This document shows, piece by piece, positions 23,707 to 35,710 of a stretch of DNA of 64,000 nucleotides. The position numbers and the translations under genes were made by a program. The notes beneath the pieces were generated by a model. The model worked only from the letters and a program-made list of their open reading frames with translations. It had not been told where the DNA came from and searched no databases. This DNA comes from Eledone cirrhosa. Taxonomy: Eukaryota. The stretch spans positions 1 through 64,000 of the forward strand of contig CAXHJY010001162.1 in assembly GCA_964016885.1 (NCBI GenBank). Direction: 5' to 3'. The stretch's first letter is position 1, and each line of letters starts with the position of its first letter.

Positions 23707-26590
23707 CCAGCGAGTCCTGTCAGAATCAACCGTCTTCATGAGCTCGACTGGATCCCCAAGTGAGACCAGCCAAGCTCACGGATATTATCCAACCATCTTG
23801 CTCGGGGTATATCCATGGGTCTCCTGCCAGTTGGTTTTGCCCGTAAAATCTGTCCAGCAATTTTTTCATGAGACATTCTAACTCCTACCCATAGTATCGG
23901 AGCTGTGATCTCTCAATTCGGAGAAGTAGCGACTCTACCTGAAGCAACTCTCTGATCTCCATGCCACGCACTCTATCGAGTAACGTTACTCTAAAGACCC
24001 TTCAGAGGAACCTCATTTCGGCTGCTTGTATTCGCGATCGTATTCTTTCGGTCATTACCTAAGAGTCATGACCATAAGTAAGGGTTGGCACCAAATTGAA
24101 GATAGCTAGTTTGGCTTTTACACCTACCTCCTTTCTTCTGATTACCGAATGCTGAAGATGGCGCATTACAGCACCAGCTTCCGCAATTCTTGCATTTAAT
24201 TCAACTTCTTGCCTTCCATCACTCGTGAACAAGGCCCCGAGATACTTGAACTTTTCCACTTGTTTCAGTGAAACTCCATTCACACGTAGACTGCACTGCA
24301 CAGGCTTCCTTGAGAGGACGAGTGTTTCAGTTTTCGCATTGCTGATTTTCATTCCAGCTATGCAGCACTCGGCATCAAACCTATCAAGTTTAATTCGGAG
24401 ATCACCTTCTATCGAGTTAAGTAATGCTATGTCGTCTGCAAATACCAGCCGACTGATTCTACATCTACCAGTCGTGATACCACTTCCAGCAGTCGGTTGT
24501 GGTGCGTCCTGAGCGAAAACCGCACTATTCATTAGCTAGCTTGGACTTGACAATCTCCCTACATTTCTTTGCCAGACACTTAGCATTATCGGGGAGGCTT
24601 AGCAAGGAGATCCCTCTATAATTATAGCAATCTCTCTTGTCTCCCTTTTTGAAAATTGGGCTTATCACTCCCGACTGCCATTGATTGGATGCTTTCCCAG
24701 AGATCCAGGCCTTTCGGCACACACGAGTCATCCAGAGAATACCTTCTATATTTAAGGCCTTTAACATCTCGGGCCGAATTTCATCTTCTCCTGCGGCATT
24801 GCCACATTTGATCTCTTTAATTGCTCTTGTGACCTCAGCCTCCGCGAGATTAGTCATCGCTCTCAGATGTACCTCGTGTACATCACAAGGTGCTGTTGCG
24901 ACAGGGTTTAAGAGATCAGCAAAGTATTTTCTCCACTTCGCGAGGTTGCACCTCTCTGAAAAGAGGATAACCCCAGACGCATTCCTGATAGCATGTGTAG
25001 AGGAGAACTTCTTATTACGAGGTTGACGGATGGTCTGCCAGAACACTCTATTTGCTGATCTGAAGTCGGATTCCAGCTTAACCCCGAAGTCAGAATTTTG
25101 GACGCCTTCACTGTCCTCTTGATTGAACCAAGGGGTCCTCCTGCTATCCACGATACATCAAGCCTCTTTCGCCCGCAGTATTTAACAGCTGAAGCAGAAA
25201 CTGCTGAGCTAAACAATCTCCATTCCGTTTCAACGTCCTCAGTTTGTCCAGAAAGTTCTCTGAATTTGGATGCAATAGTATCTGCATACCTGGTCTTGAC
25301 TTCCTTATCCACCAACGCTTCCCACTTTATCTTGTAGATCGACCCGGACCTGCCTGTTTGTGAGATTCTTTGGCTTTAGGTAGTCTCAGGCTGCAGATAA
25401 CTAGATGGTGATCAGTTGACAGCGCAGCCCCTCTCTTAACACGAACATCCAGCACAGAATCAAAGAGATCAGAGACAATAACAAAATCCATTATTGAGCT
25501 CTGTCCCTTATTTCCCTTATACCATGTGTATTTATGGATGTCTCTGTGTTGGAAGGTGTTCATAATAGAAAGTTCATTGCTTGAACAGAATTCTTATAAA
25601 GCCTCTCCATTTGTATTTAGTTCGGGATCGCCCTTCCTTCCAATCACCCCTTTCCATGTCAGATGGTCTGTGTCAACATGTGCATTGAAGTCACCCATTA
25701 GGATATATGACTCAGTCTTAACTACATCTAACGCTGCAGTGATTTCATTAAGGAAGGATTTGCATTCGGACTCCTTGTTTCGTGTATAAACTTGCACCAC
25801 CTGCAGAGGCCTATCTTTCAGCCTTAGCTTCTTTAGGCAAATCCTCCCTCCTAATCTGATTCAGTCAATAACATATTCTGACAGCCGGGAGCTGGTGAGT
25901 ATCCCCACTCCCGCCTGGGCATCAATTTCTGGCGCCACATCTGAATAGTGGAATTTCCATTCTCTATCTAAATTTACAGTACCAGAGCCATGGAACTTTG
26001 TTGACGATACCCCAACTATATCTAGTCAGTAGCATCTGGCCTCCCCCACTAGTTCATGCTCATTACCTGTAAGGGTTGTGATGTTCCAGGTTCTAATTAT
26101 CAATGTTTGCTCCCCTCCAAACCCTCTTTGGGATCTCGGAATATGCAATCTTTGTGCGTCTATCCCACGCCTCATAGGACAGGTTTGAAGCCCACTGCCA
26201 GTTTTTACAACATGAAATGGAGACTGCAATACACTCTACCTAAGGCCTGAACGCGTCCCTTGTTAACCCGCGTGAAGGACGATGCGGTATGATTAATTTC
26301 CTTACCTTTCACTATATTACAATTTTGGCGGTCTTAATCGCACCAGTCACCAACCTGGTACTTTCTCAAACCTGCGAAGACTGGTCTTTTTAGAGATGAC
26401 CTTTACTCGCCTCGTCATAGCTACATCACTGGGTTGTGAGAGTTTTCTTGGGAACTTAAGGTGTCACCCAATGGTCTATCTCCGGCTTATTCTTCCGGCA
26501 GCTGCGCCAATATAAAGCAACTAACCATCATATTTGATGGCCCTATCACTCTCCGCCACCCGCGACCCATTCTCTAGCAGAACAGCTCCC
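23707..26590 (-). mobile_element. RTE-clade LINE (Expander/Rex3-like), near full length, frameshifted, with an RT deletion
   Basis: APE: TWNITTL, ILMGDFNAHV, VKRGAALSTDHHLV; RT: AAGEDEIRPEMLK, KKGDKRDCYNYRGISLLSLP, LVFADDIAL, QVEKFKYLG, PTLTYG; the 5' boundary is approximate. Confidence 0.9.
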
Positions 26591-26697
26591 CTGAAAAGAT
26601 CTCTGAATTTAAATACGAATTACATTACCTGCAAATTATTCACTTAATCTGAATTATACTTTATACCTCCACATTTCATATAGTATATATTCAACAG

Positions 26698-26771
<74 letters not shown>

Positions 26772-26794
26772 GGAATAAATGCTCTGAAATAGCG

Positions 26795-26998
26795 ATATAT
26801 ATGTGAAGATAGACATAGAATATTCGAAAATATTCTGTATGTTTATAATAAACATTTTGAAGACCTAATCGCTATAGAATAGAATACGTCACGTATTACA
26901 ATTAGATTCTCGATAAAAGCATTCTATAGCGATTAGGTCTTCAAAATGTTTATTATAAACATACAGAATATTTTCGAATATTCTATGTCTATCTTCAC

Positions 26999-27006
<8 letters not shown>
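26795..27006. repeat. Perfect inverted repeat with 86-bp arms and a 40-bp spacer
   Basis: 26795-26880 is the exact reverse complement of 26921-27006. Confidence 0.95.
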
Positions 27007-27028
<22 letters not shown>

Positions 27029-27031
<3 letters not shown>

Positions 27032-27108
27032 TGAGATTCTACAGGACTAGAACTGTTTCATATGATTTCTAAAGAATGAAACAGTTCTAGTCCTGTAGAA
27101 TCTCATCT
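27029..27108. repeat. Perfect hairpin (33-bp arms) made from the 3' half of a hammerhead motif
   Basis: AGATGAGATTCTACAGGACTAGAACTGTTTCAT and its exact reverse complement; right arm reads GAAA CAG..CTG T A. Confidence 0.85.
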
Positions 27109-27501
27109 ATATTAAAACTTTTATACTCTGCTATGTATTGAGTACCTTACTTACTGTGGTTACCTCCGATTCTACCACTTTATCAATTTTTTAAGCTAAC
27201 TCCAACAATAACAACACTACCAACACAAGAATTGAGGTCAGATGTACCTAACAATAACAAGAACAACAACCACAGATTGGCTTGCCTCAGAATGAACTTC
27301 TATAGACTTTTGAATGAGGAATGTTCTAACAACTGACCAATGAGAGGAGAAGAGGCCCTTTGACACTGAAATTCGTTTGTTTGATTCCAGTTCCTCAGTG
27401 AAATAACAACCCAACCAGGAACTGGGCATATCAGAGTATTGACAAAATTATAATTATACACCTCAACAACATATGTACTTGTCTATACCACACTAATTCG
27501 G

Positions 27502-27556
27502 ACTGCCTGAAGAGGTCACAGCCAAAGATGGCTGTCACTGAAATATATATAGCAGT
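27502..27556 (+). ncRNA. Type I hammerhead ribozyme motif in a ~170-bp repeat (27430-27608)
   Basis: ACTGC CTGAAGA GGTCACAGCC AAAGAT GGCTGTCACT GAAA TATATAT A GCAGT AATAAA. Confidence 0.75.
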
Positions 27557-27601
27557 AATAAACGAAGCTAAATTTTAAACATTTGACTTTTTATTTTACT
27601 T

Positions 27602-27677
<76 letters not shown>

Positions 27678-27757
27678 CAAAGAAGTTGTGGTAAGATATC
27701 AGGTGGACCATAACACACCAGAGTACTCAACACTTAGGGTAGTAGAGAGAGTGGGTA

Positions 27758-27860
27758 ATATGAAAAGAGTCATGACCCCGACGGCTGAGCTCCGGCCGTT
27801 TCGACAGCTAGATCCGAAACGGCCGGAGCTCAGCCGCCGGGGTCCTGACTATTTTCATAT
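27758..27860. repeat. GC-rich hairpin made from a hammerhead 3' half; related sequence at 54145-54262
   Basis: Arms 27758-27803 and 27815-27860. Confidence 0.85.
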
Positions 27861-27881
27861 ATATATATATATATAAATATA

Positions 27882-27917
<36 letters not shown>

Positions 27918-28179
27918 CGTGTATGTGTGTGTGTGTATGTGTGTGTGTACGTATGTGTGTGTGTGTGCGCGTGTGTGTGTGTATATGCATATGAGACTGT
28001 GTGTGTGTGTGTGTACAAAAACCAATTTCTTTCCGTAAATAAGGTGCTTCTATGGTTCTATGGTATCCCACGTGCAGGTTTCTGAGAGCAACTACTTGCT
28101 CGCTTACCTTCTCCTATCTTAGATCATAGGTAATGACTCCGCAAGAGATTGTATAATACCCGCGAAACGATATTATTAT

Positions 28180-28687
28180 GGCCTTTTACCTTCTGAGTTC
28201 AAATCCCACAGAGGTTAACTTTGCCTTTCATCCTTACGGGGTCGATAAAATAAAGTACCAGTAATGCACTGGAATAATTGCTGGCCTTGTGCCAAAGGTA
28301 GACACAATTATTAGTACGACCTCAACCTTTCCCATGTTCTATATTCTTCGGGGTTCAATTCTAAACTCCTGGTATTTATCAACTTTCTCCACTTCTTTTG
28401 GGTGTAGCCACTCATCTACGGAAATGGTGACATCAATAATTCGATATATCCTTTCTTTTTTCTATCACAACTATTCCAGGTCTCCTTGCGGTTATTGTGG
28501 ATTGGCAGTGTCGGTAGAGGGTCGGACGCCATGCTTTGACGTATATAGTTACGGCCCTTGCCATTCTGAGTTCAAATCCCGCCGAGGTTAACTTTGCCTT
28601 TCATCCTTTACGGGGTCGATAAAATAAAGTACCAGTAATGTACTGGGTAATTACTGGCCTTGTGCCAAAAGTAGAAACAATTATATT
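28180..28687 (+). mobile_element. Two SINE family A copies (28180-28312 and 28497-28687) within or beside the R4/Dong remnant
   Basis: Consensus core and tail. Confidence 0.85.
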
Positions 28688-29480
28688 ATCTTACTGTAGA
28701 GTTATGTCCCATAAGACCTTTACGTCATCATTCCCAACTACTCCTGTGAGCTGTTGGAATAAATGTGAGATTTCTATCAACATTTTTTTCTTAAATATAT
28801 GTGTTCTTTATGGAGGTGTGGTGGTGAAGCTAGAGGTGGAGTTCAACAGGTCAGGATTCAATTGGATTCAATGGGTTAAAAATAGAAAAGGTTCTTCCCA
28901 TGGGATATAGATGATCATTTTTCACTGTCTAAATGATACCGGTGACATGAATTAAAAGTCCCCCTACATAATTTAATACATCTAACACTCATTTATAAAC
29001 AGCAACATAGAATTGATAAATGTGTCTGAACACGGAAGAGCCGAACTCCCACTGTCATCGCCTCCATCTCTCTCGCCCTCCCCATCTCTGTTCATATTAA
29101 CAGTTCATTTTGTTCCAGATGATATTTCCCACAGAGCTTCCAATGGATAATCTTAACTGTATCGTGTCTTCTCTTGTATTCTCATTGAGCTAATTTGGAA
29201 CATTTACTAACAATGTGACACATACTCTCTTTTTTTTCACCATATAGTCTACGAAGGGGTGAATCTACAATTCTATATTGTTTTTTTTCATGTTGGTTCT
29301 GAAAATGAGTGCTTCAGTTGTTGTTGATGTCAGATTTCCTTAGCCAGTCCCAAGACTTCTACTTATGGGTTGTGTCTGACATTTTTCTCACAAATTGTCC
29401 ATACATTATTTTTCCTTTGCATTTAGCCATTTTTCGTCTTCCTTTTCCGGTTTATAGTCATTCTTAAGCTTAGCATTTTC
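28315..29480 (-). mobile_element. Second R4/Dong-clade fragment, interrupted
   Basis: Minus strand: MYGQFVR, SWDWLRKSD, HIVSKCSKLAQ*EYKRRHD..IIHWKLC, NDDVKVLWDITLQ, RRPGIVVI, IIDVTI, KEVEKVDKYQE. Confidence 0.8.
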
Positions 29481-29753
29481 AATATCAATGTCACCACTTC
29501 TTCGTCTTCTTCATATTATTATTATTACTATTATTATTGATGACTTACGTAGAAAACGTGTTATCATGAGCTCCTAAAGGTTTGTTGCTTTAAGTTGTTT
29601 TGAATTGCCAGTTATAGAACATTTTTGTTGTTAACTGTTGATAAGTTCATATATATTGCTTTCTGAAAAGGACACCCAATAAAATTGGGGCCTTGAGCCT
29701 AAATTTGAACATTATTTTGTCAAACATACAATTTATTTTGGTAAAAAAAAAAC

Positions 29754-30201
29754 ATGGACGGTGTACGCCTCCCCAAATTAAGCCAGCTGTCACGTGACAG
29801 CGACTCTAACATAGTCACCACTCCCACCACCACCACTACCATTGTGAATCTTGCTTCAATCGCCAACACGGATAACGTTTTCGCTAACAGCAGCAACAGC
29901 AGCAGCAGCAGCAGCAAACTCTCTCCAAAGCAGATAGGAACCATCTCGCCCGCTTCCGCAGTGGACATCACACGTCATTAAGGAGATGGCTCCATATTAT
30001 CGGCCAAGCGGAAATAAACACATGCCGTCTGTGCAGAGAGGAAGAAGAACCCTCCGAACATCTTTGGATGAGATGTTCGGCCTTGATGGTGGATTGTTAT
30101 CACCACCAACTCGGCTCCAGTATGGATGAACTCGTGCGTCTCCCACACGCCAGTCTAGCGCTACTGAGGGTAATCCTCAGGCGCCTGCGGTAAGGAAAAA
30201 A

Positions 30202-30238
<37 letters not shown>

Positions 30239-33200
30239 TAGCAGTCGCCAAAGTTTTCCCCATGCAGACATAGACTTTCCACCTTTGCCAATGTCTACCG
30301 GTGTTAAAGCCGCCATCTCCACCGCCACAATGTCGAGGAGTACACCCAACACCACTGATACCACCACCACCACCACCACCACAACAACAACAACAACAAC
30401 AACAACAACTGAAACATAATAATAACAAAAAAAAAATAACAACAGCAACAACAGTAATAATAAGAATAACAACAACACCAACACCAGTACAAAACCAAAT
30501 GTGTCTTTTGCTAAAGTGGCGAACAAAAACGAAACGATTGAGGTAAGCCAGGAACAACTGAATGAGGCCAGGGGAATGGTGGAAAAAATGGTTATAGGGC
30601 CAACCTCACTCCTCTATCAAATACCATGCAGCATCGGCGGCTATGGAAGCTATCATACCGTACCATTAACATAAAAACACGCCGAGTGGAGCGAGCATCC
30701 GAGTCCTAGATCCAAAAGGCTTTGGGACATGTGTGGGCTCAGAAAACCCACATTATACGTGGACAAAGATATGGGACCGTGGAAGCCAGAGAGCACTCCA
30801 TTGCTCCACTAAAGAGCGACGAGTTCACACTAGTGCCAAATTACTGCGGACAAAGGCTCGTGAGAGTGAGGTTAACCTAGGTTCCGCCGGCCATAGAAAT
30901 TCGCTGGCTGATGGCTGCAGTCCTCGCCGACATCGAGGACAACACAAAGGTCATCGAGCTGATAAGAATAAAACAGGAGAACTGGTCCGGATCTGGAATG
31001 GAGCTCCTGATCCAGGCGGACCAAAAACCTCCAGGAGATTCCAGAGGTGATAGACCTTGATGGCGGCCGCCACCTCACCGTAATCGTTGAAGGTAAAAGG
31101 CAAATGTGCGTTGTTTGTGGCGATGGAACCTACCTAAAGGCCTTCTGCCCTCAAGGGATGGCTAAAAAATTAAGGCCACCTATGCTGTCTATCCCACTGG
31201 CTCAACCAGAAAAAACAGTATCAGCAACAGGAGCAGCAACTGTAGCAGCAACAATAGCAAGACCACCACCACCACCACCATCACCCACCGAACCAGAAGT
31301 AGCACTAGCGCCACCACCATCCACCACGCCACAACGTGTTTGCCGGAAATCTCCGATGTCCTGAGGAATTTTAATTTTAGGGTTGTGTATGTTTTCTGTG
31401 TGATACGTGTGATTTGTATGAGTGTGGGTGATATGATTTTTGTGTAGTTTTTGTGTAGTTTTTCTCTGTGGTGCTGGTGTTGTGTCAGATGTAGTGTAAT
31501 AATTGTTTATTGTTCAAGTTTAATGCTGTGTGGTGTGTTTCGGTTTGGTCGTTTTGTTGTGTTTGCGTTTGTTGTGGTTGCGCGTGTGGGTTTGCTTGTT
31601 TCGCTTGTTTGTTTTTTTTGTGGTGTTGGTGATGGTGGTGTTGGGGTTGATGATGGTGATGGTGTTGGTGCTTCTGGTGATTGGGCTGGTGGTGGTGGCG
31701 TAGCTGTTTTAACTTTCTTGTTTTTTTTTGTTTGTTTGTTTGGTACACCAACCCCTGTGGAGGACATTCCACTCCCCGACCTCTCACAACTGGAGACGGA
31801 TTGTGACGAGGAGGAGAGGGGTGGAAACTGTATCTTTAAAAAAAAGAAACCAGAAAAGAAAGAACCCTCTTCCTTCGCCCTCCAAAAAATAGAGGGCGAA
31901 ACAAACAAACAAAAGAAACAAGAAAGTTAAAACAGCTACGCCACCACCACCAGCCCAATCACCAGAAGCACCAACACCATCACCATCATCAACCCCAACA
32001 CCACCATCACCAACACCACAAAAAAACAAACAAGCGAAACAAGCAAACCCACACGCGCAACCACAACAAACGCAAACACAACAAAACGACCAAACCGAAA
32101 CACACCACACAGCATTAAACTTGAACAATAAACAATTATTACACTACACTACATCTGACACAACACCAGCACCACAGAGAAAAACTACACAAAAACTACA
32201 CAAAAATCACATCACCCACACTCATACAAATCACACGTATCACACAGAAAACATACACAACCCTAAAATTAAAATTCCTCAGGACATCGGAGATTTCCGG
32301 CAAACACGTTCCAGGAGGATATATAAAGACATCCTTCCGGAGAGGGCCACAAACAGTCAGAAGGACGGAAAAACCATCCCTCCTACACAAGAACTGAGGT
32401 AAGTGGTTTTTCACACCTTTTCATCCTTTTCAACATGACCTTACTCAGAATAGGCAGCATAAATGCACGTGGTATGGGGTCGTCATGGAATCAGGGTCAC
32501 CTGCTCAACGACCTCAGATCAATGAACATAGATGTGGTGGCCATCAGCGAGACCAGAATTCGCACCCATCTTCGGCGGTTACGATGTGTACGCATCTCCA
32601 AGCCGCCCGGGATCGGGAGGCGGAGTCGCTGTGTTGTTTCGGAGAGGCATAGATCTCGTGATACGGACCATCTTCCTGGACCCAGAAGGTAAGTTGATGA
32701 TTGTGCAGCGAAGGCTATACTTTTAGGGTAGTCTGTTTATGCCCCGACAGGGGCAGGACGTCCTAATTTCTTCAGGCGACTGGCGACCTTCCTAAGAACG
32801 TTCCACTCTTTAATGTTAATGGGCGATTGGGACGGGATCTTGGATGCACGCTGGGACTGTGTGGGATTAGCGGAGGAAGGTGTAAAAGCCTCGCAAACCT
32901 GCTCAGACATTTCCAACTGTCTGACAGGTACCGACTGGATTTCCCGAATGTGCCAATGTAGACATGGACAAACCGGATCGGGTCATCCAGATCGTATCTC
33001 GATAGAGTATTTTGTAAGGAAGTAGATAGTTCTAGCATAAGTTGTCCACAGTTCAAGATAGTCGACTACACAGACCACAAATTCGTGCTCTGTGTGGTCG
33101 ACTTATATAGGTTTCATTGACAGGGACCTGACTACTGGAAGCTAAACGCGTCGCTGACAACGCAAAAAGCCTACAGAGACCGGATTAGCGAACTAGTTAA

Positions 33201-35692
33201 GCGGGCGTTGACGGAGGAAGTCGTCAACAACAAATGGTGGTTCGTCCAGAAAAGAGCAATTAGAATAGAGTCCATTAGGGTTAGTAAGGCGTTAGCAATA
33301 GAGAAAAATAGAGCTGAGGAGAACTAGTTAGAAAATGAGACGAGGTTCTTAGTAAATGCATCGCGACTGATGTGCTTGCGGCGAGATTGACCCTCGACCA
33401 ATTTTTCAACGCAAAACATGAAGGCTGCGTTGTCAGAGCTAGGGTGCGTGCTCTCAGGCACAAGGGGGCGAAAGCCGTTCGATGGGCCCGAGTGGAAGAG
33501 GCGCGTCGTAGCAACAAAGCCACGATCCGGTCTTTGGAGGACCACGACGGGCGCATGTTACGTGAACCTGGGCAAATGTGTGCGGCTTTTCAGCGGCACT
33601 TCGCTCAGCTGTTCGGGGGCAGCGGTGGGTTGATTGCAGGATGTACTTTAGCACCTACCTCGACGGTCTGCCGTGGCTCTCGGCCACTCAACGGATATGC
33701 TGCTAATAGCCGATAACAACCGCTGAAATGCGGGAGGCAATGGCTGACTGCACGATGGGTAAATCCCCTGGTTTGGGTGCTTTGCCCTACGAGCTTTACG
33801 TAATATTGCCAGACTTGTTAGGCGACCTCTTGGCAGACGTCTACTGCAACTGGCAGCAGAACGTGAGAATTCTTAGCTCTGTGAGCCTAGGAGCGGTGGC
33901 GCTGCTGAGAAAGGACCTGAACAAGAGGGACAACACAGAACATTTCAGGTCCATAACTCTCTTTGGGTCCGTCTTCAGAGGCTGGATTACTGCCATGCAC
34001 AGCGACATCTGCTCTGTGGTGAGACTGAACGGTCACTTTTCGGAACCATTCAGCAAGGATGTCCCCTCTCGTCCCTGTTGTAGGTATTGACTCTCGAGCC
34101 ATTACTGCACAAACTGGAGACGTTGAGAGGCGTCTCGCGCGAACTAGGATGCAGCAGAATCATGTCAGCGTATGCCGACGACGTCACCGTAGTGGTGTCG
34201 AGCGCCAAATACATCGAGACGATCTGCACTACACTAAGAGAATACGATGCGGTGACAGGAGCAATGATTAATCAGGAAAAGTCGGTGGGCTTGCGGCTCG
34301 GCACCTGGAGAGGCAGGTCCATGCCGTCCAACAACGTCGTCCAACAGAAATGGGCCGAATGGAAGCTATCCCTGAAAGGTCGAGCGGATGTGGCGAACGT
34401 GTACATCGCGTCCGTCATCTACTACCGCTTGACCGTCGTACCTTGTTCTAAGCCTCGCCTGACTGCACTGGAGCGTTTGCTCTTTCTCTTTTTGTGGAAG
34501 GGACGCGCTCCGATGGTCAGGCGGTCCATCTGCTGTCAACACCCACTACGCGGAGAGCTGGGCATGCCGCGGCTGATAATGTGCAGACATGCGTTCAGGC
34601 TACGGCATCTCCACCTCTTCCTCGACGGTGTTCAGGTGTGGTTGCCGTTTGCTAGACGCGTTTTCTCCCAGCTCGTCTCCTTGACGGAGCTGCAATCCTG
34701 AGTCAAGCGAAGACCGAGAGGGAGCGCTTGGAGATTGGAATGGCTTCAGGCGCTCACAGTCCTCGACCAATCGGACAGTACGATCGGGTGAGACTCCACC
34801 TTGGCGTTCTATGGAAGTTTAATGAAGAGTAAAATGACGATGTTCTTGGGGAGATCCTGGGCGTTGACGAACATCAACAAGCCACTTTCGGTCCAAGGCC
34901 CATGTCCAATTTCCAGAAACCCGTAGCCTAGCAGTGCTACCGGGGAGTATTGTCGGTTCGAGATAGACTCTACAGGCATGGAAATGCCGTCAGCCAGGGC
35001 TGTCCGAAATGCACAAAGGGTGACGAAACCGTGCTGCAGCACGCACTCGTTGAGTGTCCATGCCTTTGTTGACTTGTAGATTTATATCGAACACTTGTTG
35101 TCGTGTTTAGGACGGATCCGGCTATCAGCTAAGTCCATCGTGAAGATTTCCCCACCGCCTTCCTTTAGTCGGGAAGGGCAGGAAGTTTTTATCTGCCTGG
35201 TGGCCATGGCTAAAGAGGGCATGTGGTGGACACGTTTGAAAAGGCTGGAGATGAGCACTTACCTATTCGGCGAAGCCCTGATTAACCTTTTCAAATTTCA
35301 GATGAAAAGGAAAATCAGGGTAGAGAGGGAAATGCTCTCTTCCCAGCAATTTGTTGAAATATGGATGAGAGAGGTGAGCATGGCTCAAGTGATTGGGCCT
35401 GCTCTGAGTATGAACCTGTAAATTGCAAGTGGAAAACTGGGAGAGGGCACTTGCCCTGGTGGTCAGGGTCACTATGGGTTTTCTGGGCTTTCTCCACGTG
35501 TTACCCTCGGAATTCCCCCCCCCCCCTATTGGATCATTTTCCTTTGTTTCAATTTTTTTGTTACATCCTTTGTTCCTTTTTGTTTTTATACACGCCCAAA
35601 CCCATATTTGTACCGTCCGGCACCGCCCTGTACCGTCCTGTGCTATTCTTAATGTATTTCTTTGTAAACCATTTTGTGGTTAATAAAGAAAA
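29754..35692 (+). mobile_element. Near full-length Tx1/L1-clade LINE, pseudogenised (ORF1, ORF2 and 3' UTR)
   Basis: ORF1 with a knuckle remnant CVVCGDGTYLKAFC; ORF2 from 32435: GSINARG, VVAISETR, LMGDWDG, TDHK, YWKLNASL, KSPG..LPYELY, QGCPLS, SAYADDVTV, LSLKGR, CPKC..DETVLQHALVEC; AATAAA at ~35682. Confidence 0.92.
31333..32310. repeat. ~410-bp near-perfect inverted duplication inside the LINE ORF1 region
   Basis: 31333-31741 is the reverse complement of 31899-32310; spacer of ~157 bp. Confidence 0.95.
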
Positions 35693-35710
35693 CATTATTA
35701 TTATTATTAA

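Noticed and set aside
23425-23881. Poly-R, poly-E, poly-S and poly-L ORFs
   Set aside because: All are frames of the (TCT)n tract at the RTE 3' end
30100-30557. Minus-strand Cys/Leu/Val-rich membrane-like ORFs
   Set aside because: Antisense readings of triplet repeats in the LINE ORF1
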